From a virus (lineage: Duplodnaviria > Heunggongvirae > Uroviricota > Caudoviricetes), in the IMG/VR virus record IMGVR_UViG_2579778702_000011: a stretch of DNA of 14,554 nt; one strand, given 5' to 3'. Shown one piece after another: positions 13,241 through 14,554 of this stretch. Position 1 is the first letter of the stretch. The number at the start of each line of letters is the position of its first letter. A model generated the notes under the pieces. That model ran no database searches. It was not told the origin of the DNA and was given only the letters and a program-made list of their open reading frames with translations. The position numbers were made by a program, and so were the translations under genes.

Positions 13241-14554
13241 ATGGATAAAGTCAAATATCCAACAGGCGTCGAAAACCACGGCGGCACATTACGCATCTGG
13301 TTTAATTTTAAAGGTAAACGTGTCAGGGAAAATCTTGGTGTCCCTGACACTGCCAAGAACAGGAAGATCGCCGGGGAACTGCGGACATCAGTATGTTTTG
13401 CCATCCGCACAGGAAGCTTTGATTATGCTGCACAGTTCCCTGACTCCCCCAACCTTCAGGCTTTTGGGGTAAGTAAAAAAGAAATTACGGTGAAGGAACT
13501 TGAAGAAAAGTGGCTGGATCTGAAACGAATGGAAATCTCTGCAAATGCATTCAATCGCTATGAATCCGTTGCAAGAACGATGGTTCCGAAAATTGGAGGC
13601 AGTAGACTGGTGTCATCGGTAACCAAAGAGGAATTGCTGTATATCAGGAAAGATTTGCTGACCGGGTATCAGAATTCAACGAAAAACAAAGCAGCAGCAA
13701 AAGGACGGAGCGTCGTTACTGTAAATTATTACATGACGACAATCGCTGGAATGTTTCAGTTTGCTGCAGATCACGGTTACTTAGAAGCAAATCCCTTCCA
13801 GGGAATTAAGCCTCTTAAAAGAGCCAGGGCAGAGCCAGATCCGCTAACTCGTGACGAATTTATTCGCCTGATAGATGCTTGCCGACATCAGCAGACGAAA
13901 AACCTGTGGTCATTGGCTGTGTACACAGGAATGCGTCACGGTGAACTGGTCTCCCTGGCCTGGGAAGATATCGATCTGAAGGCAGGAACAATTACCATCA
14001 GGCGCAATTATACGAAACTTGGTGAGTTCACTCTACCGAAAACTGAAGCAAGCACAAACAGGGTTGTGCACCTTATCCAGCCCGCTATCAGTGTCCTGAA
14101 AAATCAGGCTGAAATGACAAGACTGGGTAAGCAGTACAACATCAAGGTGCAACTACGTGAATATGGACGTTCAGTGAACCATGAATGTACTTTCGTGTTT
14201 AACCCTCAAGTGGTTAGAAAAAGCGAACAGGTAGGTTTTGTCTACAAAGTCGATTCTGTAGGTGACTCATGGGAAACAGCCATTAAGCGTGCAGGGATCA
14301 GGCATCGAAAGGCATACCAGTCACGACACACTTATGCGTGCTGGTCATTATCTGCCGGAGCAAACCCAAGCTTCATTGCCAGCCAGATGGGCCATGCAAG
14401 TGCCCAGATGGTATTCAATGTATACGGAGCATGGATGACTGACAGCAATGCAGAACAGATCGCAATGCTGAATCAGAAGCTGACAGATTATGTCCCAATG
14501 ATGCCCCATAGTCACCAAAGTGACACCAGAGGCTTATTAAAATCAGTAAGTTAA
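13241..14554 (+). CDS. int: tyrosine site-specific integrase (phage integrase family), complete
   Basis: 437 aa. C-terminal catalytic signature 'RHTYACWSL...MGHASAQMVFNVYGAW' (box II Arg/His and catalytic Tyr). N-terminal arm-binding-like region. GGAGGT SD. Stop TAA at 14552..14554 is the last codon in the window. Confidence 0.92.
   Translation: MDKVKYPTGVENHGGTLRIWFNFKGKRVRENLGVPDTAKNRKIAGELRTSVCFAIRTGSFDYAAQFPDSPNLQAFGVSKKEITVKELEEKWLDLKRMEISANAFNRYESVARTMVPKIGGSRLVSSVTKEELLYIRKDLLTGYQNSTKNKAAAKGRSVVTVNYYMTTIAGMFQFAADHGYLEANPFQGIKPLKRARAEPDPLTRDEFIRLIDACRHQQTKNLWSLAVYTGMRHGELVSLAWEDIDLKAGTITIRRNYTKLGEFTLPKTEASTNRVVHLIQPAISVLKNQAEMTRLGKQYNIKVQLREYGRSVNHECTFVFNPQVVRKSEQVGFVYKVDSVGDSWETAIKRAGIRHRKAYQSRHTYACWSLSAGANPSFIASQMGHASAQMVFNVYGAWMTDSNAEQIAMLNQKLTDYVPMMPHSHQSDTRGLLKSVS

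Noticed and set aside
8927-13410. Minus-strand track ORFs within the plus-strand operon (8927..9133, 10082..10402, 10308..10502, 10448..10663, 10722..10931, 10864..11055, 10932..11186, 11423..11749, 12112..12309, 12380..12628, 12571..12777, 12618..12956, 12871..13083, 13159..13410) and plus ORFs 13221..13472, 7099..7314, 5769..6074, 5860..6048
   Set aside because: They overlap SD-supported genes in the opposite strand or another frame; no start-site signals.
1-14554. CRISPR array, insertion sequence or transposon, rRNA
   Set aside because: No regularly spaced direct repeats with unique spacers, no terminal inverted repeats flanking a transposase, and no rRNA-like conserved blocks were seen.

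Overview
This window reads as the early/immunity region of a lambdoid temperate prophage of enterobacterial type; that placement is inferred from gene content, Shine-Dalgarno usage and a DnaC-type Walker A motif, with no database search possible. Minus strand (lambda 'rightward' equivalent), all translationally coupled by ATGA overlaps: Rha-domain gene, two small genes, an O-like initiator carrying origin iterons, a DnaC-like loader, a DnaB-like helicase, a small coiled-coil gene and a truncated gene running off the left edge. A second Rha-domain gene lies upstream, in the cII position. Centre: a CI/LexA-type repressor (7041..7697, +) flanked by repeated TATC-core operator motifs with divergent promoter candidates. 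Plus strand (lambda 'leftward' equivalent): an HTH-XRE gene, about twelve small accessory genes, an excisionase-like gene and a tyrosine integrase ending at the right edge. Most interesting unexplained signals: (1) a ~400 bp gene-poor stretch (5118..5528) with two hairpins and a plus-strand intrinsic terminator abutting a minus-strand stop codon, suggesting an oop-like antisense RNA; (2) a small protein with a poly-(Asp-Glu) tail encoded by a (GATGAA)9 tract, inside a cluster of unrecognisable accessory genes (8800..10177); (3) an unresolved control region (6279..6950) with an antisense ORF pair and no clear Cro. No tRNA, rRNA, CRISPR array or insertion sequence was seen. All functional calls rest on motifs recognised by eye.
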